A stretch of DNA of 64,000 bases, taken from Eledone cirrhosa (Eukaryota). The notes below the pieces were generated by a model. The model was not told the origin of the DNA. It did no database searches and saw only the letters and a list, made by a program, of their open reading frames with translations. A program made the position numbers and the translations under genes. Position 1 is the stretch's first letter, and each line of letters begins with the position of its first letter. Where the stretch lies: contig OZ024742.1 in the NCBI GenBank assembly GCA_964016885.1, forward strand, positions 161,324,001 through 161,388,000, given 5' to 3'. This document shows, one piece after another, positions 52,132 to 64,000 of this stretch.

Positions 52132-52256
52132 AGGGAAAACATTGATGCAATTCAATTCAAGCACTCAACGTACTTTTTCCACATAGGAGTGACGGAGTAA
52201 ATATCGAATAAGGAAAAGCGAAGTAGTTTCAGATGTTCAAGTCCTTTAATAATAAT

Positions 52257-52330
52257 GCTGTGATATATATTTCAGTGACGACACTGGCCACACTGTTCTG
52301 TGTGCGAGTGTCGTGTCATCATCAGACAGC
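52257..52330 (-). ncRNA. Type I hammerhead ribozyme motif
   Basis: Minus strand reads GCUGU-CUGAUGA-[stem II with ACGACAC/GUGUCGU]-GAAA-UAUAU-AUC-ACAGC. Perfect 5-bp stem I, intact core, palindromic stem III, AUC cleavage triplet. Confidence 0.7.
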
Positions 52331-52360
52331 TTGTTACATAATAAGGTTATGTTTCCTTAT

Positions 52361-52495
<135 letters not shown>

Positions 52496-53436
52496 TATTG
52501 TTATACTTGAGGAGGGTCATATTTGTGTAATATTGCCAGAATTAATAACAGAACACACTCACTGTTTGGTTGGTTGTCGCTTTTCGCTTCTGTGTCTTTT
52601 ATATCGGTAATCTAATTTATTCGGTCCTCAATGTTGCCAATGACTGACCAACGGTAAAAAATAATACAGATACAATATAGACACAAACACATATATATAG
52701 TTTATCAAAGTTCTTTCGTTGCACATCTGCAACATCGTCAGTGGTGCTATTGTTTCCTCCTGTTACATTGTATGTCTACGCCATCTTTATTTAGTCTGTT
52801 TATATATTTATTTATTTATTTGTTTGTTTGTTTATTTTATTTTGTCTTCTTTGCGCATGCGTTTGCGTGTGTGTATAGTGTTTTGTTTGATGTGTGTTCG
52901 TGACTGGGTGACTGTGTATTGGTTAATGTATTCTATCTTTACTAGTGTGTGTTTATATGTGTTTGTTGTTATTGTGCTTGTGTATGTATTTATTTATTTA
53001 TCTATTTATTTATTTATTTATTTATACTTCTCTTAGGTCAGTGTGGTTTGTTTGGGTGTTGTTGTTATTCCATTCATTCTTTCTGTTTAGTCTTGGCCTT
53101 CTAAGTTCTATTTCACTGGCCACTCTGATTTGCCTATCTGATGGGTCATTTCTATGTTTAGATATTATTCTAATTTCTATGTTGTCTATGTTACCGTCGT
53201 GTTGTTGTCTGGCATGTTCGTATAGTACTGACCCATCTTTTCGTCCTTTTAGTTCCCCTCAGTGTTGGTCTATCCTTTCACCTATGCTACGAGCTGTCTC
53301 GCCCATGTATGTTGTTGTCATGTTTCTGCAAGTACTCTCTGTACATCTTATGCTATAGACTACGTTTCTAGTATTACAGTTTATCCGGGGGTTTACCTTA
53401 CATATGATACATTTTCTATTAGTACAGTGGGTTTTC

Positions 53437-54081
53437 AGGAGCAAATCATGGAATAGCTTAGATAGGGCTAGACATAAGATAGGGAAAGCCACCTCATGGT
53501 ATGACAACCAAAGATACCAGAGTGTCATGTTTGTGGACGCTACCCCTGGAGGGAAATTAGCTAACCAGTGTAGAAAGGCCCTGAGAAAGACCCACTTAAA
53601 GATTAAGGTGGTAGAAAAGCCAGGAACCACCATAAAATCCCTGATCAGCAAAACCTACCATTTTAAGAAAACCCACTGTACTAATAGGAAATGTATCATA
53701 TGTAAGGTAAACCCCCGGATAAACTGTAATACTAGAAACGTAGTCTATAGCATAAGATGTACAGAGGGTACATGCAGAAACATGACAACAACATACATAG
53801 GCGAGACAGCTCGTAGCATAGGTGAAAGGATAGACCAAAACTGGGGGGAACTAAAAGGACGAAAAAACGGGTCAGTACTATACGAACATGCCAGACAACA
53901 ACACGACGGTAACATAGACAACATAGAAATTAGAATAATAACTAAACATAGAAATGACCCATCAGATAGGCAAATCAGAGAGGCCAGTGAAATAGAACTT
54001 AGAAGGCCAAGACTAAACAGAAAGAATGAATGGAATAACAACAACACCCAAACAAACAACACTGACCTAAGAGAAGTATAA
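53437..54081 (+). pseudogene. Penelope-like C-terminal linker + GIY-YIG endonuclease (RT missing)
   Basis: FVDATPGG-LA, C-x4-C-x2-C, NVVYSIRC...TYIGETAR...ER...YEH...RQIREA-EI...LNRKNEW. Confidence 0.9.
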
Positions 54082-54356
54082 ATAAATAAATAAATAGATA
54101 AATAAATAAACAAATACATACACAAGCACAATAACAACAAACACATATAAACACACACTAGTAAAGATAGAATACATTAACCAATACACAGTCACCCAAT
54201 CACGAACACACATCAAACAAAACACTATACACACACGCAAACGCATGCGCAAAGAAGACAAAATAAAATAAACAAACAAACAAATAAATAAATAAATATA
54301 TAAACAGACTAAATAAAGATGGCGTAGACATACAATGTAACGGGAGGAAACAATAG

Positions 54357-54400
54357 CACCACTGACGATGTTGCAGATGTGCAACGAAAGAACTTTGATA
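54357..54400 (+). ncRNA. Minimal hammerhead-like motif in the PLE 3' UTR (mirror copy at 52703-52746 on minus)
   Basis: CUGACGA-U-GUUGCA-GAUG-UGCAAC-GAAA-G-AA-CUU. Core and stem II are perfect; stems I and III are weak. Confidence 0.55.
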
Positions 54401-54793
54401 AACTATATATATGTGTTTGTGTCTATATTGTATCTGTATTATGTTTGACCGTTGGTCAGTCAATGGCAACATTGAGGACCGAATAAATTAGATTACCGAT
54501 ATAAAAGACACAGAAGCGAAAACCAACCAAACAGTAAATGTGTTCTGTCATTAATTCTGGCAATATTACACAAATTGACCCTCCCCAAGTATAACAATAT
54601 TTGTTTCGACACACGATTTCATATCAAAAACCTCGCAAAACTATATATATATATATATATATATAAAGAGAGAGAGTGTGGGAGTAGAGATTTTAATTAC
54701 AAATATCAACAATTGAACTGTGGAAAAAATAAGTTCAACCCTCATGTTGTCATTCTCTTTTATTTATTATTTCTCTTTCTCATTCACTCTCTC

Positions 54794-54826
<33 letters not shown>

Positions 54827-55134
54827 TCCCCCTTATCTTTCTCCCTTTCTCTCTTCCTCTGCATCTCTCTTCTTCCTATCTCTCTCCCACTCTCTTTCCC
54901 TATCTATCTCCCTTACACACACTCTCTCTCTCTCTCATTTCCAATCTCTCTCTCTCGCAAAACTGAGAAATCTGTGGAAAATTCAAATATTTGAAATTAT
55001 TTACTCTCTCTCTCTACTATACATAGATAGTTTTATGTAGTGTAGATCAATGAAAATATAAAAAGAAACACTTTCTATTGATTTAGTATCCATTTCGAAA
55101 GACCTCTACTATATTTTTATATATCAAATAATTT

Positions 55135-55312
55135 TTTCTACTTTAGGCACAAGGCCAGCAAATACCCAGTACATTACTGGTACTTTATTTTATCGACCCC
55201 GTAAGGATGAAAGGCAAAGTTAACCTCGACGGGATTTGAACTCAGACTGTAAAGGGACGTAACTATGCTGGAAAGCATGGCGTTCGACTCTCTACCGATA
55301 CTGCCAATCCAC
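55135..55312 (-). mobile_element. Short tRNA-derived SINE, second family
   Basis: Same consensus. Older diverged relatives occur near 4500, 12770, 19470, 22160, 46140 and 56440. Confidence 0.8.
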
Positions 55313-57189
55313 CGCTCTATATATCAAATAATAAACTGAGATCAATATCCACAGTAACCAATGGCATGTTAGTCTTATTTCTAGTTACAAACATGTGTAT
55401 ATATAGAGCAGAGGTTCTCAAACTTTTTCATTTACAAAGCACTTTAGAACAAATTAAACTATTTTAGATTTGAAAATTAATAAAAAAAATTTGGACAGAA
55501 TTTATACAAAAGATTTATACAAAGTGGTAGTGCTGTTGCAATGACAAAAACACTTAGTCCATCCTTTAAGGTGGTATTGCTGGAGTCATGATAAAATGCT
55601 TCCAGTACTTGCTGTAAAGTGGTTGGTGCTAGGAAGGCAATCCACCTATAGAAACCAAACCCAAAACATAACATATAAGCAAGACGTGGTCAGAATGTGT
55701 CAACCTGTTTAACCTATGCAAATATAGAAATAGATGTTAAATAATGATGATAATCATGATGAGCATATCAAGTTTAGAATCGGTACACCATATACCTACA
55801 TATTGTAAGAAGTGACTAAAAGTGTTGATGTCAGGAAGGGAATCCAACTGTAAAACACTGCCTCTGAAAGTCTTGTAGAACCCGTGCCAGCATGGAAAGG
55901 TTGACATAAAAACGATGATGAGTATGATGTACCTAAGTTTGAAAATTTATACAAAAGAGGCATTTATAGTGGTCATGTAGGTGTCATGACAAAAGCACCC
56001 ATCCCACACTGTAAATTGGTTGTGTAGGCATCACAACAAAAAGCACCCAGCACATACTGTAAATGTGGTTGGCATTAGGAATGGCATCCAGCCATAGAAA
56101 CCAAGCCAAAATCAGTTCTGTGTGAGCGAAACAAGGTCCTCCAACCTTATCTCTCACAAAGGGACAGCCCATCCTACTCATTCTGGGTGTTAAACGGATG
56201 ATGATAATGATGTACTGACACTTGAAAATGTATACAAAATTTACACAGAAGCAGTATTTATACATACAGCCATGCTATGCTATGTACCTTGATTGAGTTG
56301 TATTGAGAACCATAGTGATTTACAAGGATATCTTGGGCATTTAAAGCTGACAGAATCTATCCATCTCTAGGTCTGAACACTGCCAATTTCTTCCAGAGAT
56401 AGTGGGTTGCGTGAAAAAGAGATATAGAGGAAGAATCCATCCCAGTACTGGACTGGTACTTTATATTTCAAAAGGATGAAAGACAAAGTTCACCTCAGCA
56501 GGACTTGAACTCAGAAAACCAGATCAAATACTGGGAAACATTCCCTCCAATATTCTAACAAATCTGCGAAACTACTGGTTTCAAAATAGATATTTATACA
56601 TATTAGCATAGCTTAAAGAAGATAATTAAAAATACAGAAAAATATAGAAAAATTATTAGTACTTCCTTCTTTAGTCAATAAATGGAGCCAAGTTATCAAT
56701 AAGAAACTTGTTTGTTGTTATTTTTTTGGCAGGTAGTTGGGGTTGCTATGCTTTCATCATTACTTTAGTTGTTTCCCACTCTGATAATTATATATGAACT
56801 TTATTTCAAATTTCAATTTGTATTTTTCACATTTTGATGATAAGAAAGATATTCGGTTATAGAATGCTTGTTAAGCAAAGGATTGGGAAGACCTTTCATT
56901 TATGTCAAAGACATGACAACCTCACCTGTACACAGTAGAATATGAGACTATGTAAGTGAGATGCAGATGATGATGATATATATACATATATATTTTTATA
57001 TATACACTGTAAAATGGTCATGTTGGTGACACGACAAAAAGTGCTCAGTCCACACTGTAAAGTGGTCGTTTTGGTGCCAAGCCTGAAACAGTTGTGTATG
57101 AGCAGGACATGGTCATGATCTAATTTAACCACAATGGGACAATTCATCTAACCCATACTACCATTGAAGAATGGACGTTAAATGGTGAT

Positions 57190-57232
<43 letters not shown>

Positions 57233-57315
57233 AGATTATATTTAATTTGTTGGGATACAACAAGCTCAAATATTTTTATAACTGATATAAAGCACTCAAC
57301 AAATTATTGGAATAA

Positions 57316-57650
57316 ATATACAATATATTAACAAATGGAAACTATATTTATAAAATCATATTTAATGAAATAAATATGGTTTTATAAATATAGTTTCCAT
57401 TTGTTAATATATTGTATATTCGTTGGATTTTCTAATTGGATACCCCGACACTGGATACCAACACTGAATACACCTGAACTTCTACCAGGAAATCTTTCGT
57501 TGTTATTTCTGCTTGCATTTTACACATATACATATATATATCAATGCTTGCGTGGACCCCTCTTAAAGATTCGTTGGATTTTCTAATTGGATACCCGGAA
57601 ACTGGATACCAATCACTGAATACACCTGAACTTCTACCAGGAAATCTTTC
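57316..57650. repeat. ~104-bp AT-rich palindrome followed by two ~80-bp direct repeats
   Basis: Palindrome 57316-57419. TTCGTTGGATTTTCTAATTGGATACCC...GGAAATCTTTC at ~57419 and ~57570. Confidence 0.8.
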
Positions 57651-57994
57651 ATATCAGTGAAAAAAAAAAAAAAAAAAAATTTTCTTTTCTTTGCTTCATA
57701 TATATATATTATATATACTTGTCCGCCATTGCAAAAGGCCATAAATTCAAAATTTTGAAGAGAGAGGAAAAGAGAGAAGTGATCTATGAACTTGTACATC
57801 TCACTGACACCCTCCCCCCCCCCGTCACCACAATAACAATAACGCCTACACTCGCTCCCCACCATCACCACATTACTCTAAGGTCGCTGTCCTGTTCCCT
57901 GTTGACATACTGCTGATCTCTTTTGATGCATGTATGTGTATATACATATGTGTATGTGTGTGTATATGTATATCTCAGTGGATGCGACCAGATT

Positions 57995-58340
57995 TCAACA
58001 CAGCAACAACTACAACAACAACACCAGCAACAACAACAACAGCAACAACACCATCGTCTGTGTTGAATGTGTGTGTGTGTATGTATTTGTATATATGCGA
58101 CAGCAATAACAGCATCAACACCATTGTTTGCAGCAACAGCAGCAGTGAAATGAAGGACAACAACAACAGCAACAACGACAACAACTACAATAACAACTAC
58201 AGCACCAACAACTGCCACCACCATCATTGACCACCCACCACCACCACGCTGATACCATCCACCACCACCACACTGACACCATCCACCACCGCCATTACCA
58301 GCGTAAAGCAAACAATTATTATTGTTATTATTATTATATA
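57995..58340. repeat. (CAA)n/(CCA)n/(TG)n/(TTA)n microsatellite mosaic
   Basis: Direct inspection. Confidence 0.85.
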
Positions 58341-58579
58341 CAAGCCGAACTGGACTGGGAAAGGTCAACAGTTGACATGATAGTGATTTTGACGATTTTG
58401 ATTTTGTATCAGTACTGTCGGTAATATATGTATATATATGTGTTTGTGAGTGGTGTGTGTGATTGTATGCATGAATGAGTGTTGGTATGTGTGGTTGTGG
58501 TTTGTATGCATGAGTATTGGTGTGTGAGTGTTTGTGTGTGCGTCGTGTCAATAAGTTTTTTTTTTTTTTTTTTTTTAAT

Positions 58580-61500
58580 GACCATGCTGTAAAATGGAGG
58601 TGTAGAGAGGGCCCTTGAGTCTAGTAAGACATCCTCTCTAGTGCTGGTGGCACAAATAAAAGCACCCAGTCCATGCTGTAAAGTGGCGCTGGTGTTAGGA
58701 AGGGCATCCAACCAGTGTATCAATGCCAAAAAGCTTATCAGCACAGCAACAAAACAGCATAGGAAAATATGAAGACGTCGCATCTCAGAGTTGCAACACT
58801 TAATGTTGGCACTCTCAGAGGTAGATCTGCTGAAATAGCGGAGATGCTGGAGAGAAGGCAGGTGGATGTGTGCTGCGTGCAAGAGGTGAGATGGAGAGGT
58901 GCCTCTGCGAGACTAGTCGTAGGCAAGCGTCTTAGCTATAAGCTATTCTGGGTAGGTAAGGATGATGGGTTAGGGGCAGTAGGCATTTTCCTGGCTGAGA
59001 AATGGATCAATAAGACAATAGAGGTAGTTCGAGTTAGTAATCGAATAATTAAGCTTAAATTGGTTGTAGGTGGGAGACTACTGACAATCATCTCGGTCTA
59101 TGCTCCCCAAGCAGGCCTAGGCAAAGATGAGAAAGACTGCTTTTATGAGCAACTTTTGCAAACAACCACAATGACAGAGGACGGAGACATCGTTATGCTA
59201 GCAGGAGACTTCAATGGTCATGTTGGACAGCTCCAGGATGGTTACATTGGGGTACATGGTGGGCACGGTTACGGTTCAAGAAATGAAGAAGGAGTGAGAC
59301 TTCTTGAATTTTGTGATGCGAGTACATTGACTATTTGCAACACAAACTTCCAGAAACCTGCCAATCACCTAATAACCTACAAATCTGGTGAGCACATAAG
59401 CCAGATTGACTTCCTGCTAGTTAGGCAGCGGGACAGGCAGATAGTGTCTAATACCAAGGCATACCCTGGGGAAGAATGTACCCTACAGCATAGGTTAGTT
59501 GTTAGTGATATCTCAGTAAGCAAGAGATGGAATGAGACATATAGGAAGGTGTGGAGAAGAAAGGTCTGGAAGCTAAAAGACCTTTCACTAAAATACAAAT
59601 TTAGGAAAGCCCTTCAAGATGTATATGACGAAAAAGAAGACGATTTAGAGACGTATGACATAGATAATAACTGGAAGTTCTTACGTGACAACTTGCTGCA
59701 GGCTACTGATGAAACCTGTGGCTGGAGCAGAGCTCCAACCAAACAGAGAGTGACCTGGTGGTGGAACAGCACAGTAGATAAGGCTATTAGAGACAAAAGA
59801 CTAGCATGGAAGGCTTGGAAAAAGGGTGGGAGTAGGGAAGAATATACAGCCACTAAGAGAGAAGCTAGACGTCAGGTGTACTTAGCACGCAGGGAGGCAG
59901 CGAGTAAGAGGTTTGCCAATGTTCTGCGACGGGAAGATCAGAGGCGTACGGTGTTCCACATTGCAAGGCAGTGTGTCAATGCAAATCAGGATGTTGTTGG
60001 AGATAAATGTGTCCGGGATGATGCCGGTGTACTTAGTGTCACGAATGACCAGAAAAAGGAGGCCTGTAAATGTCATTATGAGAGACTGATGAATGTGGAG
60101 AACGAATGGGAGAGAGAGAAATTACCCTTGGTAGATCCGACAGAGGGACCAGCTATTGAGATTGACGAATATAGGGTCCAAGAGGCGATTAGGGAAATGA
60201 AAAATGGTAAGGCGGCCGGACCATCGGGAATAGTTGCTGAGATGCTGAAGGCATCAGGGGACGTAGGCACTAAACTGGTTGCACGCATCATCAATCAGGC
60301 TATATATGGTGGTGTCATACCCAAAGACTGGTGCAGCAGTATTCTCATAAATTGCTACAAAGGTAAAGGGGATGCTTTGGAGAGGAGCAATTATAGGGGT
60401 ATAAAACTGATAGATCAGGTTATGAAAGTGGCAGAAAGGATTTTAGCACAACTAATTAGAGAAAGGGTCAAACTAGATGAGATGCAGTTTGGTTTTGTGC
60501 CTGGGAAGAGTACAACAGATGCCCTCTTCTTGGTGAGACAAATGCAAGAGAGGTTCTTAGAGAAGAATAAGCCACTATACTTAGCCTTTGTTGACCTAGA
60601 GAAGGCCTTTGATAGGGTACCCCGATCTGTCATCTGGTGGTCCCTAAGGAAGCCAGGTGTTGAGGAATGGCTTGTGAGCAAACTTTGTACAGAGGTACTC
60701 TCAGTAAAGTCAGGGTAGGAATGGAGTTTAGTGAGGAATTCCAGATACAAGTAGGAGTACATCAGGGTTCGGTCCTCAACCCGCTCTTGTTCATTATAGT
60801 CCTCCAAGCCATAACAGAGGAGTTTAAGACTGGCTGTCCATGGGAACTTCTCTATGCTGACGATCTGGCTCTTATAGCAGAATCAGTAGAGGAGCTAGAG
60901 AATAAATTCCGGCTATGGAAACAGCAGTTGGAAGCAAGAGGACTGAGAGTAAATCTAGCTAAGACAAAAGTGTTGATGAGTAGAAAAGAGGACAAAACCC
61001 TGATTCCGTCAGGGAAATGGCCATGTTCGATATGCAGAAAAGGAACTGGCATAAATTCTATAAAATGCACACAATGCAGGTCCTGGGTACACAAGAGATG
61101 TAGCGGGATAGCAGGCAAACTAACAGGTAGGGAGAAATATGTATGCAGTAGATGTACAGGGAAATTAGACAGTAGAAGTCGCACTGATAGACACATTTTT
61201 CAAATGCGAGAGGGCGCTATAGAAGTGGTGGATAGCTTCCGGTACCTAGGAGATCAGATTAGCATGGGAGGAGGGTGTTCCGAGGCCATAGTATCTAGAA
61301 TAAGGACGGGTTGGAAGAAGTTTAGGGAGCTGCTTCCTCTGTTGACGAAGAAGGGTTTCTCCCTGCGTACGAAAGGCCGGTTGTATGATGCCTGTGTGAG
61401 GAGCGCGATGCTGCATGGTAGTGAGACATGGGCAGCAACCGCAGAGGATATGCGACGGCTGGAGAGAAATGAGGCAAGCATGCTCCGTTGGATGTGCAGT

Positions 61501-61860
61501 GTAAATGTGCGTGAACGACCCAGCATAAATGTGTTGAGAGAGAAACTGTGTCTGAGAGGGATAGAATGTAGTGTACGGGAGAGGAGACTGAGGTGGTATG
61601 GACATGTGATGCGCATGGAGGATGACCGATGGGTGAAGAAGTGCCAGGAAATTCCAGTTGAAGGAAGACGTGGTAGAGGTAGACCACGAAAAACATGGGC
61701 GGAGGTGGTGAGAACAGACCTCAGATCATTGAAGCTCACGGTGGAGATGACGAGGGACCGTGACGAGTGGAGAGATGCTGTGCTGAATAAGACCCGTCCC
61801 ACCCTTGCAAGCAGGGAAAAGCGGACGTAAAATGATGATGATGATGATGATGATGATGAT
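58580..61860 (+). mobile_element. Near-intact full-length RTE LINE (family C), ORF 58769-61830 broken by one frameshift near 60679
   Basis: All APE/RT/PHD-like motifs are present across two overlapping ORFs. Alignment to family A implies a ~7-nt deletion. The stop codon abuts the (GAT)n tail. Confidence 0.95.
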
Positions 61861-63146
61861 ATATATATATACATACATACATATAGTTTAATAAATGAAC
61901 AGAGCACAAAAAACAGAGAGGCAGTACAAATGGTATTGTTTTTAGTTTCACGTTTGAGAGTGTGGGGGTGGGGGACGACTTTTCGGGCATAAGCCCTTCA
62001 TCAGGAGAACAGTGGGTAGGAAGAGAGTTCCGAGGGTGTGTGGGGGAGTGGTGGAAAGACATAAAGGGGGGGGGGGAGGGAGGAAAAACAATTTTTTTAG
62101 AGAGTAAAGGAAATTTTTTTAAAGTACAAATAAAAATAAAAATAAACAAGGGCCGAAAGGGTGTGAGGCGTGTGGAGTCTGGAGGCTGAGTGTGTGTATG
62201 TGGGGATACGCACGTGTGTGTTTGTGTTTATATGTGGTGTGGATGTAGGTGGCGTGGTTCGAAAATAATGTAAGTGTTTGTTTGTGTGTATGTTCCTAAG
62301 GTATTTCCATGGAGTGTGAGACAAGATGTTGGAGATTTCACGTGTCGTAGAATGGATAGCTGGAACGATGACCGGTGGTGTGAAATCCTGGTGTGGTAGT
62401 GCGGAAGTGGAGAGATGTGGGTGTGTGCGCGTAACAGTAAGTGGTCAGAGGGTCACGGCAGGGTGAGGAGATAGCTGTAGAGGAGGATGACAGGTAATGA
62501 AAGGGTCTGTATATGGTGTGGACTGTGTGTGTGGAGGTGCGGTGGACAGGGAAGAGAATGGGTAGGTGTGAAAGGTGGAGGGAGAGGGTGGTGGTGTGTG
62601 GGGATGGTGTGTATATTAGTGGAGGTGTTAGTGGGATGTGTGTGTGAGGGGGTGTAGGTGGAGCAGGGAGAGAGAGAGAGAGGAAGAGAAAAGGTGTTGG
62701 GGACGGAGGAGGGAGTGTAGTGTACTGGTGTGTGTGCACGTGTTTGGATATGTGTGTGTGGTAGAAAGGGTGTAATATTACTGAAGAATAACATTAAGAA
62801 AGATGCTGATGTTACATAAATCGTTTATTCATAAAGTGAGCTTACCCAGCAAAAGATAATATACTAGATATGTCAGCTAGGTATACAAGAAGATGGACGT
62901 GTTTTTTGCCTGCGGCATATCACAAAATCAGATTTCCAGATACTGTCCTCATAACAACAACAAATACATAAATTATATCATGGATTGCATTGCATAGCAT
63001 TGAAATAATTATTATGAATAGCATCTGAAGCACTAGCATTTGAAACGTTAAGACTTTTTTTCAACTATATCAAGCATAAAACTAATATATTTCTTCATTG
63101 TATTGTGTCATTTGCTTTGTTATTTCTGTTTGTCTTTTACGCATGT

Positions 63147-63180
<34 letters not shown>

Positions 63181-63182
<2 letters not shown>

Positions 63183-63503
63183 CATCCTCATCATCATTTT
63201 ACGTCCGCTTTTCCCTGCTTGCAAGGGTGGGATGGGAACTGATTCTGGCTTGATTTCTACAGCTGGATGCCCTTCCTAACACCAACCTTATTTACAGTGA
63301 GTGCTGGGTGCTTTTTTTCCGTGGCACCTACACGACCACTTTGCAGTGGAATGATAGGGACCCCAGTCCCTATCATCTCATTTCTACAGCTGAGTAAACT
63401 GGAGCAATGTGAAATAAAGTGTCTTGCTCAACACAGCACCCGGTCTGAGAATTGAACTCACAACCTTTTGATTGCAAGGCCAATGCTCTAACCACTAAGC
63501 CAT
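63181..63503 (-). mobile_element. Same SINE family as 2861-3209
   Basis: Near-identical reverse complement, flanked by (TA)n/(CA)n. Confidence 0.85.
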
Positions 63504-63538
63504 GTGTATATGTATATATATATATATATGTGTATGTG

Positions 63539-63602
<64 letters not shown>

Positions 63603-63605
63603 CAC

Positions 63606-63658
<53 letters not shown>

Positions 63659-63685
63659 GTATACACACACACACATATATATATC
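63504..63685. repeat. (TA)n/(CA)n microsatellite
   Basis: Direct inspection. Confidence 0.95.
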
Positions 63686-64000
63686 ACAATCTCCAGGCAG
63701 CTAGCTCAGCTCAACTACTTTTTATCTAATTTTCCAATAAGAGACTTATATTGACATTAGTTGATCTCACACTAAAGAGAAAGTGAAATGTTATGATATT
63801 TGTATGCGTGTGCATGCCTATGTGTCTATATGCCTGTGTGTGTGCCTATGTGTCTATATGTGTGAATGCCTATGTGTCTATATGTCTGTATGTGCATGCT
63901 TGTATGTGTGGGCGTCTTGGTATGTGTGCCTCTCTCTGTGTGTGTGCATGCAATGGTGATTAACATGGATGGGTGTTAAACAGAGGTTTGGTTAATACTA

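Larger units (their letters stand above)
52496..54600. mobile_element. Penelope-like element 3' portion as an inverted duplication (arms 52496-53436 and 53667-54600)
   Basis: ~935-bp highly similar reverse-complement arms with a 230-bp spacer, a GIY-YIG ORF, and microsatellite flanks. Confidence 0.92.

Noticed and set aside
53404-54600. Naiad-type selenoprotein PLE with a SECIS element
   Set aside because: The endonuclease is C-terminal here. The single TGA in the left arm corresponds to TGG (Trp) in the right arm, and the 3' UTR hairpin fits a hammerhead rather than a SECIS.
60667-60718. Programmed frameshift or two-ORF organisation in RTE family C
   Set aside because: The break is in the middle of the RT domain, has no slippery site, and aligns as a ~7-nt deletion relative to family A.

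Overview
AT-rich eukaryotic DNA that is dense in repeats. Its SINE, LINE and microsatellite content looks like an octopus or other coleoid cephalopod (inference from repeat families). One host gene is clear: an HTATSF1/Tat-SF1 (CUS2) splicing-factor orthologue on the minus strand. Six exons (26212 to 6295) splice in frame to 293 codons; no further exon was recognised, so the C-terminal exons probably lie left of the window. The rest is mostly mobile DNA. It includes one intact RTE LINE ORF (APE-RT with an embedded PHD-type zinc finger), several decayed RTE copies, and tRNA-derived SINEs of two types, one with a tail that is a chimera of two RTE families. There are also piggyBac-, Tigger- and hAT-like MITEs, a Helitron-like element, CRE- and Tx1-like LINE fragments, and a Penelope-like element arranged as a 2.1-kb inverted repeat. 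Two structures stand out: a nested MITE>MITE>Helitron>intact-RTE stack at an HTATSF1 branch point, and a cluster of hammerhead-ribozyme motifs and long foldbacks at 47.8-54.6 kb. All calls were made by eye, without database searches.
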